Shown piece by piece: positions 10,984 to 21,204 of a stretch of 64,000 nucleotides of DNA. The notes under the pieces were generated by a model. It was not told where the DNA came from. It worked only from the letters and a program-made list of their open reading frames with translations, and did not search any database. The DNA comes from Macrostomum hystrix. Its lineage: Eukaryota > Animalia > Platyhelminthes. The DNA is taken from the NCBI GenBank assembly GCA_950097015.1, contig CATNEN010000006.1, forward strand, positions 432,128 through 496,127. The letters run 5' to 3'. The translations under genes were made by a program, and so were the position numbers. The first letter of the stretch is position 1. Each line of letters opens with the position of its first letter.

Positions 10984-11559
10984 ATGCCTCCTTCGCCCAT
11001 ATCGCCCGCTGCCACAATGCGCTACGCTGAGCGTCGCCTTCTAGGCTTCAGCAGCGAGCAAATGTTCTCCGTGGTGTCCGGTGTGGAACACTATCATCGA
11101 TTTGTGCCCTGGTGCACTGGCAGCCAGGTGGCAGACAGGCGTCCAGTACCAGACGTGGCCAACTGCGGCCTTGGCATCGACGTAAGCGGGCCTGGCGAAA
11201 GATTCACTGGACGTTTAAGCATCGGCTTTCCGCCGCTTTTGCAGCAACGCTACAGCTCCGTAATCACCTGCTGCCGGCCTCAGTTGGTCCATTCGCGCTG
11301 CGCAGATGCTAGCCTGTTCCGCGTGTTGGACACCACCTGGCAATTTCATCCCGGCCTAGCTAGCCGGCCAGCTACCTGCATTCTTGACTTTGGCGTTGAA
11401 TTTGCTTTCCAAAGCAGTTTGCACAACTCTGTGGCCTATTTATTTTTCGATCGCGTTGTTGTTGCCATGGTTGCGGCGTTCCTGCGCGAAGCTCGTCGGC
11501 GCTACGGACCGGAGAGTCTGCGGCCTCAGGAACCCACAGTGCTAGTCTATAAGAGGTGA
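10984..11559 (+). CDS. COQ10: Coenzyme Q-binding START-domain protein, COQ10 family (191 aa, single exon)
   Basis: Motifs YAERRLLGFSSEQMFSVVSGVEHYHRFVPWC, LSIGFPPL, LFRVLDTTWQF, CILDFGVEFAFQSSLH and MVAAFLREARRRYG match COQ10. Confidence 0.92.
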   Translation: MPPSPISPAATMRYAERRLLGFSSEQMFSVVSGVEHYHRFVPWCTGSQVADRRPVPDVANCGLGIDVSGPGERFTGRLSIGFPPLLQQRYSSVITCCRPQLVHSRCADASLFRVLDTTWQFHPGLASRPATCILDFGVEFAFQSSLHNSVAYLFFDRVVVAMVAAFLREARRRYGPESLRPQEPTVLVYKR

Positions 11560-11938
11560 TCGGAGTAGACGATCTAACTGTTCTTGGACTACTGGATCGC
11601 TCTATAGGAGATGCCTGTAGTTTGCTCACTACTTCCATATTATATATTAACAATAGAGAGACCACACTGTTTTCCATGCGGAAAAACCACGGGGGTATTT
11701 CAAATACCCGCTGCCTACTTCAGGATAGCTCCCAAATGGAATAACCGATTTTCGTTTAAGTCCACCATATGGATCAACGATAAACTAATTTTTAAAGCAC
11801 TCCGACCAAGGCCAACTAACATTGCTCTGTATAAACCTCTATGGTGAATCCATATTGGTTCAATCATTTTATAATTAACAATCAACAATAATAGCTGATT
11901 TTGGTCACACGATAAAATATTGCAAGTGGAAAAATTAT

Positions 11939-12056
11939 GCCTATATTAATGGGTATAATTTTGCCGCCAGACACCCCGGCGAGAGACGTTGAATATCGCC
12001 TATATTAATGGGTATAATTTTGCCGCCAGACACCCCGGCGAGAGACGTTGAATATC
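11939..12056. repeat. 59-bp exact tandem duplication
   Basis: GCCTATATTAATGGG...GTTGAATATC occurs twice. Confidence 0.9.
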
Positions 12057-12122
12057 TCGACGATGTCGATGATTTGTGATTCTGGAAGTTGTTTTGTGGG
12101 GTAGAGCGGTAATTTTTTGGCC

Positions 12123-12573
12123 GGTTTACTCCCGATTCGCCGAAATTCCAGATTTGCCGATTCCTGATTCACCGAATTCCCTCTTTGCCGAAAAAATTGC
12201 TAAGAACTTTTTTTGCTGAGCTACCGTACCTCATTACACTTTTACTTTCGGCTCTACAAGGATGTCCAGCAAGTTTTGCTTTTTCCGAAGTACGTGTGAT
12301 GTTCTTCTTTGCTCACTCAATCTACGTTCCAGAAAGTTAATAAAGTTTAGAAGCAAATTTAGAAGTTACTGAATGAAGAAACTGCATTTCATTTAAGTTA
12401 GTTTTTTAATTAATTTCAATACAATAGAAATAGAGTTCCAATATTTTACCAACACTCAAAGAGGGCAATGGTTATGTGGTTTAATTTTAATTTATGATAA
12501 AGTAAGATGTATTGAATCAGGATTCAGCGAATCAGGATTCGAGTCAGGAATTTCGGCGAATCGGGAGTAAACC
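12123..12573. mobile_element. Mutator-like non-autonomous element (MITE)
   Basis: 27-bp perfect TIR GGTTTACTCCCGATTCGCCGAAATTCC, subterminal GATTC/GAATC repeats and 9-bp TSD TTTTTGGCC (12114-12122, 12574-12582). Confidence 0.8.
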
Positions 12574-12822
12574 TTTTTGGCCTGTGGACTTTCATGGTGA
12601 TTGGTTGACTATTTGGGAGATACGAGTACATGCGGGTATTTCAAAATACTCCCGTGCTCTTTCTACAGTTAAGGATGGGGCGAGAAAAGAACAGGAATAC
12701 TAGAATCGCTGTATGTGTGATGCCTATAGTTTACTGTAGTGTAATGCTTTCAGTTTAACATAGTTCTTTCGTCTCATTCGCGCTTTTTTGCGTCTGATCG
12801 AAGACTCTTAGTATTTTTATAA

Positions 12823-12864
12823 ATGGGAAAGTGCTGTAGAACATGTATAGAGCCCTATCGATCT
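12823..12864 (+). CDS. Calcineurin-B-like EF-hand protein, exon 1 (MGKCCRTCIEPYRS)
   Basis: ATG at 12823 and donor TCT|gttagt (phase 0) match the phase-0 acceptor at 14285. MGxCC fits the N-acylation expected in this family. Confidence 0.65.
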
Positions 12865-13214
12865 GTTAGTATTGCGTTTGGTTTAAATAGCTGTCGTGTA
12901 CTTGTAGCAGACCATAGTGATTTTGTATCATACTTAAAGAAATTCATTTGCGTTTTTTATTTTGTACACCTACGTTTGTACGTTATACATGATATGGCCA
13001 ATGAATTGTGTTGCAGATTGATATATATTAGTAAATACAAGTTAATGTACAAGTAGTAAACGATTTGCAATTCATTTAATACTTTATATTGCCAAAATCA
13101 TAAATTTTCAACACTCAATGCAGCTGTTCGAACTTAAGGGCCTCGTGGACACCTACCTAACTCGTAAATAAGTTATTCCAATCTGTACGGGTTCGTAGGG
13201 ATTATACACCCGGA

Positions 13215-14167
13215 CCGATGAGATCTTATAAATATAGCATCTCACACCGATGAGATCTCATAGATATAGCATCTCACACCGATGAGATCTTATAGATATA
13301 GCATCTCACACCGATGAGATCTCATAGATATAACATCTCACACAGATGAGATCTCATAGATATAGCATCTCACACCGATGAGATCTTATAGATATAGCAT
13401 CTCACACCGATGAGATCCCATCGATATAGCATCTCACACCGATGAGATCTCATAGATATAGCATCTCACACCGATGAGATCTTATAGATATAGCATCTCA
13501 CACCCATGAGATCTTATAGATATAGCATCTCACACCGATGAGATCCCATCGATATAGCATCTCACACCGATGAGATCTCATAGATATAGCATCTCACACC
13601 GATGAGATCTTATAGATATAGCATCTCACACCGATGAGATCTTATGGATATAGCATCTCACACCGATGAGATCTTATAGATATAGCATCTCACACCGATG
13701 AGATCTTATAGATATAGCATCTCACACCGATGAGATCTTATAGATATAGCATCTCACACCGATGGGATCCCATAGATATAGCATCTCACACCGATGAGAT
13801 CTTATAGATATAGCATCTCACACCGATGAGATCTTATGGATATAGCATCTCACACCAATGAGATCTTATGGATATAGCATCTCACACCGATGAGATCTTA
13901 TAGATATAGCATCTCACACCAATGAGATCTTATAGATATAGCATCTCACACCGATGAGATCTCATAGATATAGCATCTCACACCAATGAGATCTTATAGA
14001 TATAGCATCTCACACCGATGAGATCTTTTAGTTATAGCATCTCACACCAATGAGATCTTATAGATATAGCATCTCACACCGATGAGATCTTTTAGTTATA
14101 GCATCTCACACCAATGAGATCTTATAGATATAGCATCTCACACCGATGAGATCCCATAGATATAGCA
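13215..14167. repeat. 32-bp minisatellite (GATGAGATCTTATAGATATAGCATCTCACACC)n, ~30 copies, in intron 1 of the CNB-like gene
   Basis: Directly visible. Confidence 0.96.
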
Positions 14168-14285
14168 TTCCAAATCTCGTCAATCTACAATCTAAATCCA
14201 TAATCTAAACCAGATAAATAAGGAAGTAATAAGTAAATCCATTTCTGTTTGTCACCTTTTAAATAATTAATAATCTAATTTTCAG

Positions 14286-14468
14286 GCGGAGGGCCATTCG
14301 GTGTTTCACGCCACTCCGCAGCAGCTGCAGGCCTATCGCCGCTTTAGCAGCTACTCGGAGGACGAAGTGAACCAGGTGCTGGCCAAGTATCGCCAGTTGG
14401 ACAAAAGTCGCGGGCACGCGGCTGGCGTTTGGTACGAAGATTTGGCTGAGAAATGCCCGGAGATGCAG
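14286..14468 (+). CDS. Calcineurin-B-like EF-hand protein, exon 2
   Basis: aattttcag|GCGGAG...ATGCAG|gtgcgt. SSYSEDEVNQVLAKYRQLD and CPEMQ align with CNB SHFDADEIKRLGKRFKKLD and LPELQ. Confidence 0.85.
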
Positions 14469-14755
14469 GTGCGTTTCACCAACGTGTTTACCAAATTTTA
14501 TTAATCTACATCACACTGTACGGTCAGATTACTGCAAAACAATAATCTGGCCTTCAGTTTATAACCTATCAAAAATATCACTTTCGAATGACTACTAATG
14601 AGACCTTCATTTGTACCCCAACAGTACTACCACCTTCATTTATACCCTGCCGTACCACGACCTTCATTTGTATAGCCCAGCAGTACCATGACCTTTATTT
14701 GTTCCCCAGCTTTACCATGACCTTCATTTGTTCTCTTGAAACCTTGGCCATCCAG

Positions 14756-15139
14756 GGTAACCGCCTCATAGTCCTGGCCGCAAAAGCAGTCGCCGGTCCA
14801 ACCAACCGACTAGACGTTGATCGTTTTGTTCGCCTAGTCTGGCTTTTATCTAGCCAGTCTAGCGTTCAAGAGAAGCGAGACCTGCTCTGGCGCGTCATCG
14901 ATCCTGATCAGACTGGTCGAGTTCGTCGGGGCGGTTTGTTTCGCTTTCTGTCCGGCACAATGGGAGGCCAGCTGACTGACGATCAACTGCTGGATCTGAC
15001 CGAGTCAGCTTTAAGCGTTGCCGACCCGCAGCCGGCTGGACTGGAGCCGGAAATCACCAGAGAATACTTCTTTTCAGCTTTGGCTAGCGACATGCTGGTC
15101 TTTCAAAAATTGACGGTCGATTTGCACTATGGTGCATAG
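14756..15139 (+). CDS. Calcineurin-B-like EF-hand protein, exon 3 (full protein 202 aa)
   Basis: ggccatccag|GGTAAC. EKRDLLWRVIDPDQTGRVRRGGLFRFLSGTMGGQLTDDQL...FQKLTVDL aligns with the CNB C-terminal lobe. Confidence 0.88.
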   Translation, partial: GNRLIVLAAKAVAGPTNRLDVDRFVRLVWLLSSQSSVQEKRDLLWRVIDPDQTGRVRRGGLFRFLSGTMGGQLTDDQLLDLTESALSVADPQPAGLEPEITREYFFSALASDMLVFQKLTVDLHYGA

Positions 15140-15404
15140 AAGCATCCATTCCATTGTAATTCTTTATCCCAAATGAATAATTTTGTATTCCATGATTCAA
15201 GACTGTGATGGCTTATGAATTTTATTTTGAATTTGCCGTTTTTAATTGTGTGAAGATATTTTTATTCTTAAATATATGCAGCTACTATTATGTGCCTGGT
15301 AATGAATTAATTTTATAAAGCTATAATGTTTCTTAGTTCATTACTTTTTTTAATGATCTTAGTTTCCTAAAGCTGCTCATTGGACTTCTATTCTCCCTGT
15401 CTTT

Positions 15405-16205
15405 TAGCTCCATTCCTCTTCCAATGAGTCATTTTCGCTGTCCTTTGGTCCCGTTCCCCTTCCAATGAGTCATTTTCCCCTGTCCTTCAGTCCCGTTCCC
15501 CTTCCAATGACTCATTTTCCCTGTCCTTCAGTCTCATTCCACTTCCAATGAGTCATTTTCCCCTGTCCTTCAGTCCCGTTCCCCTTCCAATGACTCATTT
15601 TCCCTGTCCTTCAGTCTCATTCCACTTCCAATGAGTCATTTTCCCCTGTCCTTCAGTCCCGTTCCCCTTCCAATGACTCATTTTCGCTGTCCTTCAGTCC
15701 CGTTCCCCTTCCAATGAGTCATTTTCCCCTGTCCTTCAGTCTCATTCCACTTCCAATGAGTCATTTTTCCCCTGTCCTTCAGTCTCATTCCACTTCCAAT
15801 GAGTCATTTTCCCCTGTCCTTCAGTCTCATTCCCCTTCCAATGAGTCATTTTCCCCTGTCCTTTAGTCCCATTCCACTTCCAATGAGTCATTTTCCCCTG
15901 TCCTTCAGTCCCATTCCACTTCCAATGAGTCATTTTCCCTGTCCTTTAGTTTTATTCCCCTTCCAATGAGTCATTTTTCCCCTGTCCTTCAGTCTCATTC
16001 CACTTCCAATGAGTCAATTTCTCCTGTCCTTCAGTCTCATTCCCCTTCCAATGAGTCATTTTCCCCTGTCCTTCAGTCTCATTCCCCTTCCAATGAGTCA
16101 TTTTCCCCTGTCCTTTAGTCCCATTCCACTTCCAATGAGTCATTTTCCCTGTCCTTTAGTTTTATTCCCCTTCCAATGAGTCATTTTCCCTATCCTTCAG
16201 TCCCA
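15405..16205. repeat. ~42-bp minisatellite with ATGA(G/C)TCAT in nearly every unit, ~19 copies
   Basis: Unit CCTTCAGTCCCGTTCCCCTTCCAATGAGTCATTTTCCCCTGT. Confidence 0.95.
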
Positions 16206-16312
16206 TTCCCCTTGTTAATTTTCCTTCCGTTAGTATTTTCTCATTGCCAGACCGTATTTCTGTTAGTGTTTAAATCTTACCTTGTTCATAGTTTCAGCCA
16301 GAAGCCAGAGAG

Positions 16313-16478
16313 ATGCAGAATCCTAAACCAGCAGCTGCTCAGGACAGACAGGATGCTCAAGCAATTCAACAGCAGCAACAGATTGGCACAGTTGCTAAAG
16401 TGCTAATCACTTTTAGCTTGCTGTTGATTATCTTGCCTATTGCACTGTACTTTATCACCAAGTCGCTGCTATTTGAAG
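16313..16478 (+). CDS. VMA21: V-ATPase assembly factor VMA21, exon 1
   Basis: MQNPKPAAAQ...VLITFSLLLIILPIALYFITKSLLFEG, with donor GAAG|gttagt (phase 1). Too short for the ORF track. Confidence 0.9.
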
Positions 16479-16559
16479 GTTAGTTGCTTTTGGTATAAAA
16501 AATCTACTACAGGCTTGATAAGTATTGTCGTAAAAGTGTATTTGATAATACAAATGCAA

Positions 16560-16745
16560 AGGTATTAGGTATCAATTACACCTGCACCCAATTGGGCCAG
16601 ATGTGCAGCCGACAGCACAGCCGCAGCTAATGCTCGGCGCATCTGAAGGCTGTGTACGGCTATTCAGTCCATGGACTGGGGAACGAAAATCGAACCCCCG
16701 ATCCTCACTCATGTCGCGTGTCAGACGCTCTAACCCCTGAGTGGC
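16560..16745 (-). mobile_element. SINE family B copy, internally deleted, in the VMA21 intron
   Basis: Minus strand GGGGTTAGAGCGTCTGAC...GGGGGTTCGATT followed by CCAGTCCATGGACTGAATAGCCGTACACAGCCTTCAGATGCGCCG...GGCTGTGCTGTCGGCTGCACAT. Confidence 0.75.
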
Positions 16746-17065
16746 AGTGTGGTTAATGCGGTCGCCTCTCGCACTAAGGTCCCTGAGATCGATTCGTTTG
16801 GGGCGCAGCCGCGGAGTGAGGGCTTGTCGGCTTGTCTTACAATTTTCGCCAACCTCCAAACCAATAATTGAGGGCCAACCTCCAAGGCACAGGGAGAGTG
16901 TACACTGCCTGGCGATAAGAAAGTCAGGACAGATGTACACACCTTTGGGAGTGTGTGCTCAGGAGTCAGCGAAATGGGCAGAATTGCCTCCTCGATGTCT
17001 AGTGTCAACAAATGATTTGCCATTGCCCGCAGCCCTCCTGCAATTATTAACAATATTATTAACTC
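16741..17065 (+). mobile_element. SINE family A copy in the VMA21 intron
   Basis: Head GTGGCAGTGTGGTTAATGCG, shared body and CCCTCCTGCAATTATT tail. Confidence 0.85.
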
Positions 17066-17139
17066 TTTAGCTACTATCAGTCTATCATGCTACTATAAGT
17101 AGATATTTAAGAGCTCTGTTCCGCATTCCAATCGCTCAG

Positions 17140-17294
17140 GTGTGCTATCCATGTCGCCCCGCCAGAGCTACATCTATGCCGCAATCGTAGCCGTGGTTGC
17201 TGTTCACGTCATCCTAGCCGGCTTCGTCTTCTTCGCCTTCTGGGAGGGCGGCAGCGGCAAGGAGGCGCCGGAGACAGCGGCCAAGCAGGACTGA
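17140..17294 (+). CDS. VMA21: VMA21, exon 2 (full protein 106 aa)
   Basis: aatcgctcag|GTGTG gives VLSMSPRQSYIYAAIVAVVAVHVILAGFVFFAFWEG...AAKQD*. YAAIVAVVAVHV and terminal KQD are VMA21 hallmarks. Confidence 0.93.
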
Positions 17295-17965
17295 GAGCTG
17301 ATCGCGCGTGGCTTTGTACACAAGTCATTGCACCGTGTAGCGTTTGCATGTACTCTCTTGCAATTCAAATGCCCATTTTCTGTCTGTAAAACTTAGTCCG
17401 CTTCCACTTTTATATTAGTTTATTATTCGTCAATGGCGATTTATATTTCCCATCTCGTCTGCATCCCATTTATTCAGCAATCATAAATCAAGGAGAAAAT
17501 ATGTTAATTTACTTATAATGTTTGATAGTTTCTGCAGAAAAAATATGATGTTAAATGGTTCATTATTCGTTAGATTGACCTTCTGATTTGTCGTTCTCTC
17601 TCTATCTCTCTCTGTAAATGCATTAAATTAAATACATGGGTTTACCTTGACCATTGAATTTATTGTCTTTAATTAATCGTTCTTGTTCTCTTACTCAAGA
17701 AGTATCTGCGATCATTTGTGTGAACAATTCTATTGTATTGTTATTATACAGTATATGTGCCGCTCTTTCCTGGTGCGTCATTGCTTTATACTTTAAGTTG
17801 CACAATTTAAACAAATACTTTTTTGTTTCCTTTACTAGTTTATTTGGTAGGTTTGTTTTATTGTACCTCATATGAATTATGTGGCAGTGAAATTAACCAT
17901 GCACAATATAACAGTTTCACGTGTAAAATCTATCAGAATTGATTTCAATATTCCTTAGTTAACTA

Positions 17966-19756
17966 CCTTAGTGCGTCCAAAAAGTTCTTAGACACCCCTA
18001 ATATCTCTGCATGTGCTCGACCGATATTGATGAAAAAAGACACAATCATTTATAATTTTTAATACTAAATTAATATGTAATAAAGCGCTAAAGTTTTAAA
18101 TTAGTCGGGTGGACAGAAAAAAAGTTATCGATCATTTACTAAAGAACCAACGAAATTAGCAATACGATTTTTTAAGAGCATCGAATCGGGATACTTCAAG
18201 TGGGATGTCGCATCTGGTCTTTAGAATGGGTCAGCAAAATATCGGGTGGTTAATTTTAAATCTTTCGCTAGGTATTAATCATTAATTGCAAGCTGTGAGG
18301 GTTTAGTCATAGATTATAAAGAGCGAACATGAAAAAGCAGTAGGCAGCACGAGTCTGAGTGCGTAGAAACAACGTCAGACGTTTGAGACAAAGAGTATTG
18401 AGATCACTTTGATTTGAGAATGGCTAGCGCATATGGCGATAAAATTTCTCAGCGCCTGATCGTTTATGCCTTTGCTGACGAAGGCATGTCCGTGAGCAAT
18501 ATCCACCAGAGATTGCTCAGTCGCTTTGGAGACGATGTCTGCTGTCGAGCAACCATCGCGAACTGGGTCCGGAAGAGAAAGGACGGCGAAACGAGCGTGC
18601 AGGACAAGCCGCGCTCAGGCCGACCAGCTACTGCTGTTAACGACAGCACTGCCATCCTGATCCAAGAGCTGATCAGTGAAATCGGCCACATCACCATTGA
18701 TTAGTTGGCCAATGCCGCCGAGATTTCACGTGGCTCGGTCTCCCAAAGTCTGCACGAACATCTTGGTCTGTCTAAGCTGGTCTCTCGATGGGTGCCGAAA
18801 CTGCTGACTCAGGAGCAGAAAAATGGCCGTTACGAAGTCTGCTTACAACAAAGAGCGGCAATTTCAGCTCTGGGAGACGAATTCCAGCGCAGATTCATCA
18901 CGCAAGATGAGTCCATGTTCGCCCTTTACGACCCACTGTCCCGGCAGGAGTCCAGGGCCCGGCTTCCAAGGGGCGGCGGCGGCGGTGACATCTAAAGTGC
19001 AGGCACCTATCCCAAGAAGACCATGTTAAGTGTTTTTTGGGATGCGAGCGGGCCCCTCATGTTCACATGGTACGGCCAGGGCCAGACACAAAACAGCGAG
19101 CGGTTTTGTGAAGAGCTTGCGAGGCTGAGGCAGGAGCTGTTGCAATGGCAGCGAATCGTGCGCAAAGGCGTCCTGCTACACTGCGACAATGCCCGGCCGC
19201 ACTCGGCAGCCCTCACTCGCTCTCACATCGCCAGCCTCGGATTCCAGCAGTGGTCGCATCCACCTTACTCACCTGATTTGGCACCATCTGACTATGGTCT
19301 TTTTGGGCACGTCAAGGCGCAGCTGCGAGGCCAGCGGTTCGCCAGCTTCCCAGAGCTGAAAGCGGCTGCTGAGGGGCTGATTAGAGCGATTCCTAGGGGC
19401 ATGTGGTCGGCGTGGATCGAGGAGCTGCCAACGCGGTATGATAAGTGCATTCGACGGAATGGAGACTTTTTTTTGAAGATTTTCACGATTGGTAACCTGA
19501 AATTTTGAAGTTCCAGAACTTGCCAGCTGAACTGTTTGCTCGTTAACTTAAACTTGTTTTGCGCTAAAATCGTATTGCCAATTTCGTTGGTTCTCTAGTA
19601 AATGATTGACAACTTTTTTTCTGTCCACCCGACTAATTTAAAACTTTAGCGCTTTATTACATATTAATTTATGATTGTGTTTTTTTTTTCATCAAAATCG
19701 GTCGAACACATGCACAGATATTAGGGGTGTCTAAGAACTTTTTGGACGCACTAAGG
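17966..19756 (+). mobile_element. mariner (DD34D) DNA transposon with ~200-bp TIRs, non-functional copy
   Basis: TA on both sides. TIR CCTTAGTGCGTCCAAAAAGTTCTTAGACACCCCTAATATC... spans ~17966-18171 and ~19566-19756. Internal transposase remnants are present. Confidence 0.95.
18420..19508 (+). pseudogene. mariner transposase pseudogene
   Basis: HTH-type N-terminus (DKPRSGRP), RWVPKLL, ITQDE, MLSVFWD, LLHCDNARPH and HPPYSPDLAPSDYGLF, with 34 residues between the 2nd and 3rd Asp. In-frame TAG at 18702-18704 and frameshifts at ~18970-19020. Confidence 0.93.
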
Positions 19757-19844
19757 TACGAGGTCTCGTACATAGTAGGTGAATGTATTTTTGTGAGGAC
19801 CATGTAGATTTATTCCGTGTAGCTTGAATTCATAGATTGTGTAG

Positions 19845-20010
19845 CCCAGTGGTTAGCGCTTTAGCTTCTGTCAGTTTGTGTCCTTCAGCACTCAAGTCGC
19901 CACTGCTTCAGTTCAACCAGCAGTGGGTACCAGCATTTTGGCAGTTGCCCAGTCCACGGACTGAACAGCTGTACTCAGCCTTTAGAAGCGCTGTACAACT
20001 ATTGTTAATG
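19845..20010 (+). mobile_element. SINE family B, decayed copy
   Basis: A box TAGCCCAGTGGTTAGCGC, CAACCAGCAGTGGGTACCAGCA and CCAGTCCACGGACTGAACAGCTGTACTCAGCCTTTAGA. Confidence 0.65.
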
Positions 20011-21204
20011 CGATAGCAGGGTTACTGTTTGTGCTAAGTATTTCTAAGAAAGCAGCAATAATGTCAACCATGCGTTTGACAAAGATATCAGAAGTAATAC
20101 AAAGGCATGTCTTCAGCAGCGCCTCGCATATTACACCGACCTGACCTGCGCATAGTAACACTCAGACTCAAGACAACAATAAACAGATACAGGCTTGCTA
20201 CTAAAAATTTTAAAGGGATAAAAAGTAAATTCTCCCGGGAACTGAGGAGCGCATTCGACTCGCCCCTCTTTGTCAAGCAATGAGAATTTGCCTGTTCGAT
20301 TCGGCAGCTGCTTTCTTGCGCATCGATCGAGCGCCATGACCCGCCCTTGTTGAAAAGTTCTTTCCCTCTTCGGCCTTCCAAATGGGGAGAGCCTGTTGGA
20401 TCCCGGGCTCGCTCTTGTTTTTTTTCTCCAGTCTTTTGACGGAATCGTTCCATTTTTGTAGTTTTGCAGCGGCGTGCACTCGCGTAAATTACCCAAAGGC
20501 CTCTTAACAACCTCTCCCTCCTCCTTGTCTCCTTTGTCCCCCGCGCTCCCCTGCAGCCTCCTTTGTGCTGACTGACTGCAGCTCTCCAGCCGCATGCCAG
20601 TTCCCACGGGCAATGGGATTCCCGCTTGTAACCGAGCTCGGTGTCTATCTCCGCTTAGTTCGGCTCCTCATCAACTCAGAGCCACTTCAATCGGCGCCTC
20701 CCCCCCTAATGGCCTCACTTTATCTCCTGCATCAGCATCTGCTTGCGCTGCCCGCAATTCGGCATCACCCTGATAGATCTGCGAACTGCTTAGAACTAAA
20801 AAGTGAACCCGCATGTGGCGGCATGTCTCGGCTTAAATTGATACTCAAAGCACGCCTACCTGCATGCCCACCTGTGAATTATTAAAATTTTGCCTATTTT
20901 CTTCTTTTAAAGTGATTCGTTAAAATTCGTGATTCGAGTGGATATCCTGCGATTTTTAATTTTCTCTCTTCAGTACGTGCGTATCTTTCTCGTGTGTCTC
21001 GTAAATCGACAACTTCTCTAAAAAGGCATAAATAACTGCTTTTAGTAATTCTTGTTATGTAGGATAAGACAGATAAGAGTGATGAGATAGATGAAATATA
21101 TGATACAGTTAGGACAGAAGAATTGGGTGATATGAGACTGGTGACATGACATTTTTGGGACCAAAAAACTATCAGATTTTGCTAACAGAATCGTGTTCTT
21201 CTAT

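Noticed and set aside
20088-20885. GC-rich patches with 90-160-aa ORFs (also ~27.5, 29.4-29.8, 32-32.9, 35.5-36, 41.3-41.9 and 50.5-50.8 kb)
   Set aside because: No recognisable domain and no consistent splice structure. Probably old retroelement debris, but not supportable by eye.
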